Part shown: positions 20,883 to 31,313 of the stretch, one piece after another
Layout of the letters: each line of letters starts with the position of its first letter
Numbering within the stretch: position 1 is the stretch's first letter
From: Bacteroidota bacterium
GTDB lineage: Bacteria; Bacteroidota; Bacteroidia; Chitinophagales; CAIODY01
Assembly: GCA_046051225.1 (NCBI GenBank)
Contig: JBJOOR010000001.1
Span: forward strand, 39,584 to 103,583
DNA: 64,000 nt
Direction of reading: 5' to 3'
Position numbers and translations under genes: made by a program
The notes under the pieces: generated by a model
The model's input: the letters and a program-made list of their open reading frames with translations, nothing else
What the model was told of the DNA's origin: nothing
Database searches by the model: none

Positions 20883-21803
20883 ATGATACGAAATTTTTTA
20901 TTTCATAGAGTTAACCCCAAAAGAGACCTATTATGGGATCCGATGGATGTAGCATTATTTGATAAATGCATTCAATACATTTCAAAAAAATACAAAGTAG
21001 TTTTATTGGAAGATTTAGTTAATTCAACCGAATTATATACCAAAAATAAATATGCTACAATAATGTTTGATGATGGATACAAAGATAATTTAACGTATGC
21101 TGCACCCATCTTAAAAAAATATAATTGCAAAGCTTCGTTTTATGTAGTTACCGATTGTATTGATAAAAATATTCCTACTTGGACACATATATTAGAACAC
21201 TCATTTCAGTTTACTGAAATTAAAAAAATAGATTTAACATTTGATTTTTTACCTACCGAATTACAAGTTGATAATTTAAATACCAAAGAAGACAGAATAA
21301 ATTATGTGGTAAAATTAAAGCCATTTTTAAAAAAAATATCGCACCAACAAAGAACAATTGTATTAGATAAAATTGCCAATACTTATATAGATATTGAAAT
21401 ACCAAAATTGATGATGGATTGGGATGATGTAAAACAATTAAAGGCCGGAGGGCATTATATAGGCTCACACACAGTTACACATTGTTCTTTAGCAACGCTA
21501 CAATCAAAAGAAGATTTAACATTCGAGTTATTACATTCGGCAAAACGAATTGAAGAAATGTTGGGTTATTTTCCTGCTACCATTTCATACCCGGTAGGAA
21601 GTTATAATGAACTAACGAAACAAATTAGCCAAGAAGTAGGCTATAAAAATGGATTAGCTGTAGGTCAAAAAATTTACAACCCAAAATTTAATGATTTATT
21701 TGAAATCCCAAGACTTGAATTGTATAACGAATCGTGGTTTAAAACAAAATTGCGCATTTCGAATGCACTTGAAAATATTAAAACTATGATTGGGTATAGG
21801 TAA
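20883..21803 (+). CDS. Polysaccharide deacetylase (NodB/CE4 fold; ArnD-like deformylase candidate)
   Basis: 306 aa. MFDDGYKDN (NodB motif 1) and GSHTVTH (motif 2). Confidence 0.85.
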   Translation: MIRNFLFHRVNPKRDLLWDPMDVALFDKCIQYISKKYKVVLLEDLVNSTELYTKNKYATIMFDDGYKDNLTYAAPILKKYNCKASFYVVTDCIDKNIPTWTHILEHSFQFTEIKKIDLTFDFLPTELQVDNLNTKEDRINYVVKLKPFLKKISHQQRTIVLDKIANTYIDIEIPKLMMDWDDVKQLKAGGHYIGSHTVTHCSLATLQSKEDLTFELLHSAKRIEEMLGYFPATISYPVGSYNELTKQISQEVGYKNGLAVGQKIYNPKFNDLFEIPRLELYNESWFKTKLRISNALENIKTMIGYR

Positions 21804-21818
21804 TTAAAAAGACTATTT

Positions 21819-22787
21819 ATGAGTGATTATACTATTCGAAAATTACAAACCAACGAGTTCAAATTATTAATTCCATTAATGAAGAACTGTTTTGGAATGG
21901 ATGTAAATATTGATTATTTTGAATGGAAATTCAAAAAAAATCCGGTAGGATTTGTTGAAGGATTTATTGCCATTGCTGAAGACAATGAGGTGGCAGCTTA
22001 TTATGGCGTCATTCCCGAATTATATTTGATAAATGGCGAACAAAAAACTATTTATCAATCATGCGATACCATGACACATTCAAATCATCGGCGCAAAGGA
22101 TTATTTCAAAAATTGGCAACTTTATGTTATGATTCATTGCGAAATGAAAATAAATTATTTATCATTGGTTTTGGTGGTGGTCAATCAACTCCAGGTTTTT
22201 TAAAGTTTGGGTGGCAGAAAATTTTTGATGTCCGCAATTATTTTTATCCATATATTTTTACAATTTTTCGCCCATTATCTGATATAAAAAATATTGTTGA
22301 GATAACCAATAGTATGGATATTGAAAAATTGATTTTAAATAGTAATGCATCTTTACCCATTCATTCCATTAAAGGTATAGATCAATTTAATTGGCGATTA
22401 TCCAACCCATTTTATAATTATAAAATCATTGCATTAAAAAACAATGATGGATTTAATTATGATTCTTATTTGGTGTACTATACATCAGGCGATAAAATTA
22501 TTTTATTCGATTTCTTTTTTAGCAATCAAAATTCAGCAAATCTGTTGATAGGCTATATTAAAAATTTGCTTGCCGAAAAAAAACTGAAAGGTATTATATG
22601 CTTTTGTCAAGAAAATTCAGCTTACAGTAAAACACTTAATAGTATTGGTTTTATAAGCAATCCATTTAATAAAGGACCTTTATCTGAAAAGACGCCGTTT
22701 ATATTTTATTCAACTGATGAAAAAATGAACAATTCCAATCATTCAAAATTATGGGGCATAAATTCCTTTGATCATGATGCAATGTAA
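21819..22787 (+). CDS. GNAT-family N-acetyltransferase with C-terminal extension
   Basis: 322 aa. Acetyl-CoA motif A HSNHRRKGLFQKL. Confidence 0.7.
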   Translation: MSDYTIRKLQTNEFKLLIPLMKNCFGMDVNIDYFEWKFKKNPVGFVEGFIAIAEDNEVAAYYGVIPELYLINGEQKTIYQSCDTMTHSNHRRKGLFQKLATLCYDSLRNENKLFIIGFGGGQSTPGFLKFGWQKIFDVRNYFYPYIFTIFRPLSDIKNIVEITNSMDIEKLILNSNASLPIHSIKGIDQFNWRLSNPFYNYKIIALKNNDGFNYDSYLVYYTSGDKIILFDFFFSNQNSANLLIGYIKNLLAEKKLKGIICFCQENSAYSKTLNSIGFISNPFNKGPLSEKTPFIFYSTDEKMNNSNHSKLWGINSFDHDAM

Positions 22788-22827
22788 AATATTTGTCGAA
22801 AATCGCCCCTTAATTCACATCAAACTC

Positions 22828-23973
22828 TTATAAATGCACATGCCCTACCAAAAATTTACAAGCCAAATAAATCACATTTCGTTGTAATAAAACAGGGCCA
22901 TTTAAGCCAATAACGTTATAAGGCGGAAATATTACGCATATTAATACAGCAAAAAACAAATATGATTTTAACACAGCCGCTCCTCTTAATTGCAGAATAA
23001 TATATACCGAAATGAAAACTTCTAACAGCATAAATGAGCCCGACCTAGTAATATCTAACACTATTAACGAACCAACCGACATTGCCATTAACAACAATAA
23101 ACTAATAAAAAATAATGCATACTTCTTTTCTGAAAGCAATACATAAAATTTATAGGCAATTAAAATCCAAAAACCTTCAAAAAATGTGAATACACCTATC
23201 GGAGCTATTTCCAAATTCGATAACAAAAAAGATTCAACATGGCTAGTACCAAAGCCTGCATACTGCAAATATATTCTTGCTAAAACATATACAAGCATAG
23301 CCACTATAATTACTATTGATTTTTTTTGCGGTATTAATAAATCTTTCAGCGACTTATTTTCAGTAAAATAATTTTTTATTTGCCAGTAAAAAACAGGATA
23401 TACTAAAGACAGAAAGGCTCGTTCGTCTGTCCAAGCAGCTAATGTTGCCAACAAAAAAATAAGCCAATTATTTTTTGAATAAATACATAAAAATAAAAAC
23501 AAAAATGCCCAACCCGAAAAGTAGGAATACAAATCGGTAAAGCAGGCTGTACCAAAATAAACCGATGTGGCACCTAATGCTATATAAAATGCAAGTAGTC
23601 TATCATTGGTACTCTTCCATGCATAATCAATTATAAAATAGATAAATAAAATGCCCAATAAAAATTGTAGTAAATAAATTCCAATTTCATTTAAATGAAA
23701 TATTCGAGCAATGATAGGCACCGTTAATCTGAATGTTTTTTTTGCTTCGTGCGATACTGGATTTACCCCCTCATAAGTTTTATAAATAGTACTTGAATGA
23801 ACCTGCTTCATTACTGTAACCCAATATGGATGCTGAAAATAATCGGGTTGAAACAAATAATTAAAATAAGGCGTAGAGCATATCATTGCCAATACAAACA
23901 GATAGATAGTAAATTTTATTTTCCAATTTTTCGATTGCAATTCAGCATTAAAATAATTTTTTAGCCTAATCAT
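22828..23973 (-). CDS. Polytopic membrane protein (possible glycan polymerase or GT-C-like transferase)
   Basis: 381 aa, about 10 hydrophobic helices, no soluble domain. Last gene of the 11-gene minus-strand glycan operon. Confidence 0.45.
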   Translation of the reverse strand: MIRLKNYFNAELQSKNWKIKFTIYLFVLAMICSTPYFNYLFQPDYFQHPYWVTVMKQVHSSTIYKTYEGVNPVSHEAKKTFRLTVPIIARIFHLNEIGIYLLQFLLGILFIYFIIDYAWKSTNDRLLAFYIALGATSVYFGTACFTDLYSYFSGWAFLFLFLCIYSKNNWLIFLLATLAAWTDERAFLSLVYPVFYWQIKNYFTENKSLKDLLIPQKKSIVIIVAMLVYVLARIYLQYAGFGTSHVESFLLSNLEIAPIGVFTFFEGFWILIAYKFYVLLSEKKYALFFISLLLLMAMSVGSLIVLDITRSGSFMLLEVFISVYIILQLRGAAVLKSYLFFAVLICVIFPPYNVIGLNGPVLLQRNVIYLACKFLVGHVHL

Positions 23974-23978
23974 ATTAT

Positions 23979-25919
23979 TTATTTTATTGTTTTTTCAATA
24001 TACAATGTTTCATTCGATGCTTTATCGTGGCTACAAATTACATATAATGAATCAATTGATGCTGGAAGTGTAATATCTTTTGATGTAATAATAAATTGCA
24101 AATGATGCAGCTTTACAAATTCGAGTTGCGAATTATCGTAGGAAACAAATTCATGTTTCTCTTCTTGCTGTTTTACAAACTCCATAAATAGCGATAACTT
24201 CAAATACATTTCTCTTTTAAATTTATCTGCCTTATATAATTTATACGAATTTAAAGAAAATAGAATGGGCGAAGTATTCAATTCGGCTAATGGCAAAGCC
24301 ATAAATTTTATGATAGGCGAATTTTGAAATTTACCAATATAAGCATTTGAATCGCATAAAAAACCACCTTTCCAATTGGGCTTTATATTGTTTTGAATGG
24401 TTGTAACATATTGTTTTGAATACTTGTTGCCACTATGATAAAAACAAGCATTGGCTAATGGAAATGGATTGAACTTTATAGAAAAAAGTGTAATGACCAC
24501 AAACACTCCTAATGCAAAAGTAGCTTGCCATTTTGAATGGCTAAACATGGCCAACACAACAATAAAAACACCAATTAAAACAATGGGTAATGATGTATTT
24601 AAAAAAACTTGCCAACCATTCACATCACAACACAAAAAGCTTGAGCCTACAAAACCTGCTATGGTTAAAAAAACAATAAACGGTGTTAATTCTTTTACTA
24701 CCAAAGGCAATCGTTTTTTCAGATTTGGAAAAACAAAATATACCAACCCAAAAAAAACAATAAATACAGAAAATAAAATAGATACTTCTATTAGAAATGA
24801 AGGGACATAGTTACATATATTCAACAAAGTTTCTTTGTCTAACTTTACTTGATATGCATTATACTTAAAGGCAGGTGCAAATATTTTAAATAGTGCCAAC
24901 TGGCTTACTATTAAAAAAAACAATACACCCCAATTTAAAAGCATGTTATACTTTTTTTGTTTCCATTTTTTGGTAACCAACCAATAAAAACTCTCTATAC
25001 CTAATGCCATAACAACTACTGGTAATGCTACATACGAAAACACAACCAATACAAACAGTGGAAACCACTTGTACTTTTCTAGCGATGAAATAATTAAAAA
25101 AAACGAAATGGAAGCAAATAAATAATAGTCAATCAATTTTGGATGTGCCATTGGCGATTGAGTTAAATAATAGTAGTGGAATTTATCGCCCAAAATAAAT
25201 CCTTTGCAAATTAAAATAAATAATGCACCAATGAAAGCTATTACAACATGCAATTTAAATTTTATCAATATGGTATATACCATGTATGATGTAGTACCAA
25301 ATAGAATGGGAAATGCTACGTACATCATAGCATTAATAGTGCTAATGGCAAAATATTGTTTTACAAATGCAGCTAGCCAAAAATGAAAAAAATGATACGA
25401 TGTAATACCATTAAATTTAGTATCAAATTTATTTAAAAAAATATAATAGTTCTCTTGCCCATTATCAACCAACGATTGAACAATATCGGTATAAAAAGTA
25501 TAATCTGAATAATACGAAATTGTATCGCCCCATACATGTTTTGCCTCCCAATCGAATCCAATAAAATATATTACCCAGATAAAACAAAAGGCAATTAACC
25601 AAGTTAATGATTTCATTTCAGTTTTATCAAAAATTGAATTTTTGATTACCGAATTAGCTTTGTTAAAATAGGTATACAAATAAAATGCAACGGCTAAAAC
25701 TAGTAATATTGCATTAACCGAAGCACCTTTGGTTTTATAAATACTATACAGCGATACCAATATTATTAGGCCCGATAAAAATTTAAAAAATACAGTTTCT
25801 GATTTTTTGAATTTTGATAAATTAGTTTGTAACAAAAAAAATGAACCTACGCAATAAGCAATAAAAACAAATAATGCTGCAATTATAAACGGCATTATAA
25901 AAATTTGAAATGAATCCAT
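23979..25919 (-). CDS. Large polytopic membrane protein with C-terminal soluble domain (GT-C / ArnT-like architecture)
   Basis: 646 aa, 12 or more helices followed by about 150 aa of non-hydrophobic tail. Topology only, no motif recognised. Confidence 0.45.
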   Translation of the reverse strand: MDSFQIFIMPFIIAALFVFIAYCVGSFFLLQTNLSKFKKSETVFFKFLSGLIILVSLYSIYKTKGASVNAILLVLAVAFYLYTYFNKANSVIKNSIFDKTEMKSLTWLIAFCFIWVIYFIGFDWEAKHVWGDTISYYSDYTFYTDIVQSLVDNGQENYYIFLNKFDTKFNGITSYHFFHFWLAAFVKQYFAISTINAMMYVAFPILFGTTSYMVYTILIKFKLHVVIAFIGALFILICKGFILGDKFHYYYLTQSPMAHPKLIDYYLFASISFFLIISSLEKYKWFPLFVLVVFSYVALPVVVMALGIESFYWLVTKKWKQKKYNMLLNWGVLFFLIVSQLALFKIFAPAFKYNAYQVKLDKETLLNICNYVPSFLIEVSILFSVFIVFFGLVYFVFPNLKKRLPLVVKELTPFIVFLTIAGFVGSSFLCCDVNGWQVFLNTSLPIVLIGVFIVVLAMFSHSKWQATFALGVFVVITLFSIKFNPFPLANACFYHSGNKYSKQYVTTIQNNIKPNWKGGFLCDSNAYIGKFQNSPIIKFMALPLAELNTSPILFSLNSYKLYKADKFKREMYLKLSLFMEFVKQQEEKHEFVSYDNSQLEFVKLHHLQFIITSKDITLPASIDSLYVICSHDKASNETLYIEKTIK

Positions 25920-25976
25920 AATGATTATTTATAAACAAATAATTAAAACATTGCATAATAGATGTATCGAGAAGAA

Positions 25977-27113
25977 TTATTTCCTATCGTAAAAATTGAA
26001 AATCGTTTTGCAAATCGTTTTTATTTGTTCTTCGTTTAGTTCAAAATACATGGGCAGTCGCAACAAACAATCGGCAAAATGATCTGTATTAGGTAACTCT
26101 CTACCATCGTGTTTGCTTTCATAAAATGGACTTTTATGTAATGATAAATAATGAAATACTGCGTTAATATTTTCCGATTTAAGATGCGCAATTAAATTGC
26201 TTCGTTGTTGTAAATTATTGCAAACCAAATAAAACATGTGCCCATTATTAGTAGCATAATTGGGTATTACAGGCAATTTAAAATATCCTTTTTGTTCTCC
26301 TTCGGCTAAAATTGTTTTATACAAATTCCACGATTGTTTTCGTTTGGTTTGTATTTCATCTAAATTTTCTAATTGAGCAAATAAAAATGCTGCAATAATA
26401 TCGCTTGGTAAAAATGATGAGCCCATGTCAACCCAACCATATTTATCTACTTCGCCTCTAAAAAATTTACTTCTATTAGTTCCTTTTTCTCTAATTATCT
26501 CGGCTCTATCAATAAATTGTTCATCGTTTATTACCAACATACCACCTTCGCCACTTATTATATTTTTTGTTTCATGAAAACTAAAAGCAGCCATGTGACC
26601 AATGCGGCCCAATGGTTTGCCCTTATAATAGCTATCAATGGCTTGTGCTGCATCTTCTACCACAAATAAATTATATTTTTTTGCCAATTCCATTATTGCA
26701 TCCATATCGCAAGCTACGCCAGCATAATGCACAGGTACAATTACTTTGGTTTTAGATGTAATTAATTTTTCAATTTCATTTACATCCATATTGGGCTCGG
26801 CTTTATTGCTATCGCAAAATATTATTTTTGCACCCCTAAGCACAAACGCATTTGATGTAGATACAAATGTGTAGGATGGCATAATTACTTCATCGCCTTC
26901 TTTAATATTAAGCAGCAGGGCAGCCATTTCTAAAGCGTCGGTGCAACTAGTGGTAAGCAATACTTTTTTAAACCCAAATTTTTGTTCGAAAAATTGATGA
27001 CATTTTTTTGTAAAAATACCATCACCTGATATTTTTCCTGATAGTACAGCCTGATAGATATAATGCCCTTCTTTGCCTGTTAAGTATGGTTTGTTAAATG
27101 GAATATGGCTCAT
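25977..27113 (-). CDS. wecE: DegT/DnrJ/EryC1-family sugar aminotransferase, WecE-like (dTDP-4-keto-6-deoxyhexose 4-aminotransferase)
   Basis: 378 aa. IPFNKPYLTGKE, LLTTSCTDALEMAA, EVIMPSYTFVSTSNAF, SFHETKN (PLP lysine region). Confidence 0.85.
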   Translation of the reverse strand: MSHIPFNKPYLTGKEGHYIYQAVLSGKISGDGIFTKKCHQFFEQKFGFKKVLLTTSCTDALEMAALLLNIKEGDEVIMPSYTFVSTSNAFVLRGAKIIFCDSNKAEPNMDVNEIEKLITSKTKVIVPVHYAGVACDMDAIMELAKKYNLFVVEDAAQAIDSYYKGKPLGRIGHMAAFSFHETKNIISGEGGMLVINDEQFIDRAEIIREKGTNRSKFFRGEVDKYGWVDMGSSFLPSDIIAAFLFAQLENLDEIQTKRKQSWNLYKTILAEGEQKGYFKLPVIPNYATNNGHMFYLVCNNLQQRSNLIAHLKSENINAVFHYLSLHKSPFYESKHDGRELPNTDHFADCLLRLPMYFELNEEQIKTICKTIFNFYDRK

Positions 27114-27119
27114 TTATTT

Positions 27120-27929
27120 TTATTTTTGAAATACTACAATACAGCTTGCGCCGAATTGTTTTGCTTGTTTCTTTTGTATTGTTGTTATTTCTTTTTTATT
27201 GAAAATTTGAAATATTTTATCCAAAACTCCTTCAGAATTATGTTGTTTAGATTCAGCTTTAACTATTTCTTCATCAGTTCTTTTCCTTCCAAACAAATAC
27301 GGTATTCTTCTTAAAATAAAAGTTGGTATGACTAAATATCCAAAAAAGTAGCTTTGATAAATTGGAATAAGTTCACACTTTTTACCTAAGTTGACTAATT
27401 CTGTTAATGTATACCTACGGGCATGTTTACCAAAATCATCTACATCATTCCAAAGCCATTGATATGTTGGCACTGTTATAACCAACCTGCCGCCAACAGG
27501 TAATTTTTTAACTAATTTTTTAAAAAAAAATTCATCGCTAACTATATGTTCTAATACATCAAATAGAGTAATAATCTCAACTTTGTGTTTTTCAAATTCA
27601 AAATCTTCAAACAATAAATTATATACTTCCTCTATTCCCCTTTTTTTGGCATTTAAACATCCACTATATCCTGGTTCAACTAAATATATTTTTTTATTGG
27701 TAAAATTTTCAGACATCCATTTTGCCTGAAGTCCATTTCCTCCTCCAATATCAGCGATGTTTCCATCTACTAAATAATTTTTTAATGTGCTTGTGATTAC
27801 ATTGTTGCGATGTTTAAACCAAAAACTAGATTCTTCAACATTAAAACTATTGTCATGACCTGTCTCGGGATAACGTTCGTATTGATTTTGAGTAGTTACC
27901 CAAATATTGTTTTTATCTAAATACATCAA
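27120..27929 (-). CDS. Class I SAM-dependent methyltransferase
   Basis: 269 aa. Motif I IADIGGGNG, then LFDVLEH. Confidence 0.8.
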   Translation of the reverse strand: MMYLDKNNIWVTTQNQYERYPETGHDNSFNVEESSFWFKHRNNVITSTLKNYLVDGNIADIGGGNGLQAKWMSENFTNKKIYLVEPGYSGCLNAKKRGIEEVYNLLFEDFEFEKHKVEIITLFDVLEHIVSDEFFFKKLVKKLPVGGRLVITVPTYQWLWNDVDDFGKHARRYTLTELVNLGKKCELIPIYQSYFFGYLVIPTFILRRIPYLFGRKRTDEEIVKAESKQHNSEGVLDKIFQIFNKKEITTIQKKQAKQFGASCIVVFQK

Positions 27930-27930
27930 A

Positions 27931-28833
27931 TTATTGTTTTTCTAAAATTGCGATTCCAAAACCTGTTTTCCCATAACCATTTCCACTGTATAACATATAT
28001 CTTCTTTCTTTATAATCGAAAACATACGGGTAACAAATCATATCACTATCCCAACTATTTTCCGTAATATCAATTCCAATTTCATCATCCTTTCTTATCC
28101 AAGTTTTCCCATCTTGACTTTCAGCATATCCAATTCTATACTTTACTCCTCTAAAGCAATAGAACATTTTATACAATCCCTCTTCTTTTATCACACATGG
28201 TTTTGAGAAAGCATAATCCAAATCATCTGTATCAAGACAAATAATATTTGTTCTATCCCAATTTATGCCATCATTACTTTCAGCATATTTTAATGGATGA
28301 ATCATATCTTTAATCTCTGGTCCCCATTGCTTGTGAGAACCATACCACATTTTATATTTTCCTTCATCAAATATTATAAATGGATAGGATAATGAATAGG
28401 GGTCAATAATATTTCTATCCATAGTTGGTCCTTCATATTCACGAATAAAATCTGTTTGTCCTTTTCTTCTTTTCACATATCCAATACTATTTCTGAATGG
28501 AACATTTTTCGGCAAATTCCACCCTAAATAATATAAATATTCTTCATCGTTCTTTTCAATATAACAACCTAAAGAAATACCATTATCATCAAATGCTCCA
28601 ATTTTCCCAGGGCTTATTACTGGTTTATCTGAAATATTAATTACTTCAAAATTGTTTTCAAAATCTACATCTACGTATCCAACATAGGCAATATTTTCGA
28701 TATTTCTGCAACTAAAATATATACGAAAAATGCTGTTGCCAATGTTAATAGGCAAGGCATTTGCAGCATGCGTCATCATCCATTCATGTTGTCCTTCTGC
28801 ACAAAAAATACGTTTTAATTTTTTCCAATTCAT
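27931..28833 (-). CDS. Beta-propeller glycosidase-like protein (GH32/43/130-type fold, function unclear)
   Basis: 300 aa. Repeated W/Y-x-G-W blades (LYYLGWN, MWYGSH, MFYCFRG, MLYSGNGYG). Assignment from pattern only. Confidence 0.45.
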   Translation of the reverse strand: MNWKKLKRIFCAEGQHEWMMTHAANALPINIGNSIFRIYFSCRNIENIAYVGYVDVDFENNFEVINISDKPVISPGKIGAFDDNGISLGCYIEKNDEEYLYYLGWNLPKNVPFRNSIGYVKRRKGQTDFIREYEGPTMDRNIIDPYSLSYPFIIFDEGKYKMWYGSHKQWGPEIKDMIHPLKYAESNDGINWDRTNIICLDTDDLDYAFSKPCVIKEEGLYKMFYCFRGVKYRIGYAESQDGKTWIRKDDEIGIDITENSWDSDMICYPYVFDYKERRYMLYSGNGYGKTGFGIAILEKQ

Positions 28834-28835
28834 AC

Positions 28836-29510
28836 TTATGATATTTGAATTTCGGTGCTTTTTTTCTTGTATAAAGTTGATTGAGCAGGTAGATAGACTT
28901 CTTCGGGTTGAGTATTTTTCATAATAATTGCACCAGCAGCTATTAGAGTAAAATTGGCAATTGTAATATCATCACGTAAAGTAGCATTTACACCTATAAA
29001 TACATTATTACATATTCTGGTAAATCCTGAAACTACAACATGCGATGTCAAGAAATTATGATTGCCAATTTTAACATCATGCCCTATGTGATTACCACTC
29101 CAAAAAACATTATTTGAACCAATTGATACAAATGGTTGTATAGTATTGTCTTCTAAAATTAGATTATTATCACCAATTGGTTCGTGTGTTAAAAAAGAAC
29201 ATTTAGAACTAATATAGTTTGGAAGAAAATAGCCCTTAGCCTTAATTTCATTATATTTATTTTCTCGAATAATATTCATTTTATTATATCCAATTGCCAC
29301 AAATGCAGAGTATTCATTGGGAGGATACAAGCGCTCTATCTCTTGAAATGGGACTACTTTTAAACCACAATATATTGGCTCGGTAATGTATTCTTCATCA
29401 ACTGAAAAAGCCACTACCTCATACTCACTATCATTCGTAAAAAAATAGTGTGCTAATTTTGCATTTCCAGTATTGCCAATGATAATTATTTTTTTACTCA
29501 TATTATTCAT
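28836..29510 (-). CDS. NeuD/PglD-family sugar N/O-acyltransferase (left-handed beta-helix)
   Basis: 224 aa. N-terminal Rossmann-like IIIIGNTGNAKL plus hexapeptide repeats (IGSNNVFWSGNHIGHDVKIGNHNF...). Confidence 0.8.
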   Translation of the reverse strand: MNNMSKKIIIIGNTGNAKLAHYFFTNDSEYEVVAFSVDEEYITEPIYCGLKVVPFQEIERLYPPNEYSAFVAIGYNKMNIIRENKYNEIKAKGYFLPNYISSKCSFLTHEPIGDNNLILEDNTIQPFVSIGSNNVFWSGNHIGHDVKIGNHNFLTSHVVVSGFTRICNNVFIGVNATLRDDITIANFTLIAAGAIIMKNTQPEEVYLPAQSTLYKKKSTEIQIS

Positions 29511-29517
29511 AATTTGT

Positions 29518-30345
29518 TTAGTATGATTTTATATTTTTTTCTTGACGTCGACTTCTAAAAGAGTTTACACTTTCAGGTACAGCAGAGTCGTAACCTAAAA
29601 ATTTGTTTAAAAACAAATCATCTTTATACTTTCCATTAAGCATTTTTGGTAAATCAATTTGTTGCTTTATAATAGGCTTTACGTACATATTATTTACCCC
29701 TCTTCTAATATTGTTTGAACTATTATAGCCTGCTTTATGGAAAATCATACTATCAAAAAATATTACTGAACCAGCTTTTGCATTTACCTGAACTGCACTT
29801 TTTTGGATATATTGTTTTGAGGGGCTATGGTCTATTTTTTGTGAATATGGTAACACAAATGTTCCCCCTGTTTTTTCATTAAAATCATCTAAACAATAAA
29901 ACATATTACATCCCATTGGTTCAGATGAAACCCAATTTTGATAAGGCAAATCTCTATGCCAACTACTTTGATGATGCTCTTCATTTGGCATATTGATAAC
30001 TCCATTTTGCAAATGAAGAACATAATACCCACCCAAAATTTGTTCAACCAAATCAAGCATGTTTTTTTTTGTAGCCAACTTCAAATAAGGCTCTGAATAG
30101 CACAACAATGCTCTTGCCATATATTCTTCATTAATTGAAATTAAATTTTGTTTTCCAAACTCAATCTCTTGTAAATCATATACTCTGTGTAGTTCTGATT
30201 TCAACACAATTAATTCTTCATTAGTAAGCGCATTTCCAATAATTGTATAGCCTAAATTTTTAAACTCTTCAATATGTAAATCAGCAGAAGAACTGATTTC
30301 AGTTTGTTTATTTATTCCGTATGATTTTAGGTCTTTCATAGCCAA
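29518..30345 (-). CDS. Phytanoyl-CoA dioxygenase (PhyH) family Fe(II)/2-oxoglutarate oxygenase
   Basis: 275 aa. WHRDLPY (HxD facial-triad region), distal FHKAGYN His, and RRGV. Confidence 0.7.
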   Translation of the reverse strand: MAMKDLKSYGINKQTEISSSADLHIEEFKNLGYTIIGNALTNEELIVLKSELHRVYDLQEIEFGKQNLISINEEYMARALLCYSEPYLKLATKKNMLDLVEQILGGYYVLHLQNGVINMPNEEHHQSSWHRDLPYQNWVSSEPMGCNMFYCLDDFNEKTGGTFVLPYSQKIDHSPSKQYIQKSAVQVNAKAGSVIFFDSMIFHKAGYNSSNNIRRGVNNMYVKPIIKQQIDLPKMLNGKYKDDLFLNKFLGYDSAVPESVNSFRSRRQEKNIKSY

Positions 30346-30353
30346 TAACCTTT

Positions 30354-31277
30354 TTAATTTATTTTTTGTTCTATTATGTATTTCGGACGATTTTTTGATT
30401 GCTCAAATGTTTTACCAACGTATATCCCTACTATTCCTAGTGATGTTAAAATTATTCCTAAAGAGAATAACATCATAACAAAAATACTTGCCCATCCTGA
30501 TGCAAAACCAAAAAACAAAGCATACATCACTATACCAAGTATTGATAAAAATGAAATTACAGAAATGAGTAGCCCAAAATATACAAACAATCTTAAGATT
30601 TTATCACTTTGTGATACAATACCATCAATTGCATGGTTAACCAACTTTTTAAACCCATAAGATGACTTCCCTTCAAATCTATCTAAATGTTCTATTTCAA
30701 TATAGCTATGTGAAAAGCCCATCCACCTTAAAACCATTAAATAATGACGATGATAATCATTAAACTGGTTGAAATTATTTACAACTTTTCGTGATAAAAT
30801 TGAATACGAACCAACATTGTTAAACGATTTGTAATTTTTATTATCAACTAAATAATTAAAAACTCTGTTAAATATACCAGCGGTAATATTTTTAAACCAT
30901 GAATGTTTACGATATAATTTTCTTGTATAAACTATTTCATAACCCTGCTTTATTAAAGATAATAATTGAGGTATATATGTTGGGTTGTCTTGCAAATCAC
31001 AATCCATTACAATCACATAGTCGCCTTGTGCTAAATTTAAGCCAGCAGTTATTGCGTAATGCTGACCAAAATTTCTACTCAATTTTATTCCAACAATTTT
31101 TTTATCATGTTCACAAATTTGTTGAATCACTTGCCACGAATTATCAGAACCACAATCTTCAACCAACACAATTTCGTAATCAATTTGCAATGGTAATACA
31201 GCAGCATGAACCTGTTTGACTAATTCAGGTATAATTTTTTCGGCGTTATATACAGGGCTTACTACTGATAAATGCAT
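30354..31277 (-). CDS. GT2 polyprenyl-phosphate glycosyltransferase, ArnC/GtrB-like (two C-terminal TM helices)
   Basis: 307 aa. LSVVSPVYNAE, VLVEDCGSDNSW, MDCDLQD. The C-terminal helices are typical of GtrB/ArnC. Confidence 0.85.
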   Translation of the reverse strand: MHLSVVSPVYNAEKIIPELVKQVHAAVLPLQIDYEIVLVEDCGSDNSWQVIQQICEHDKKIVGIKLSRNFGQHYAITAGLNLAQGDYVIVMDCDLQDNPTYIPQLLSLIKQGYEIVYTRKLYRKHSWFKNITAGIFNRVFNYLVDNKNYKSFNNVGSYSILSRKVVNNFNQFNDYHRHYLMVLRWMGFSHSYIEIEHLDRFEGKSSYGFKKLVNHAIDGIVSQSDKILRLFVYFGLLISVISFLSILGIVMYALFFGFASGWASIFVMMLFSLGIILTSLGIVGIYVGKTFEQSKNRPKYIIEQKIN

Positions 31278-31313
31278 AACTTATTCAATGCTACAAAGTA
31301 AATAAAATGAATC

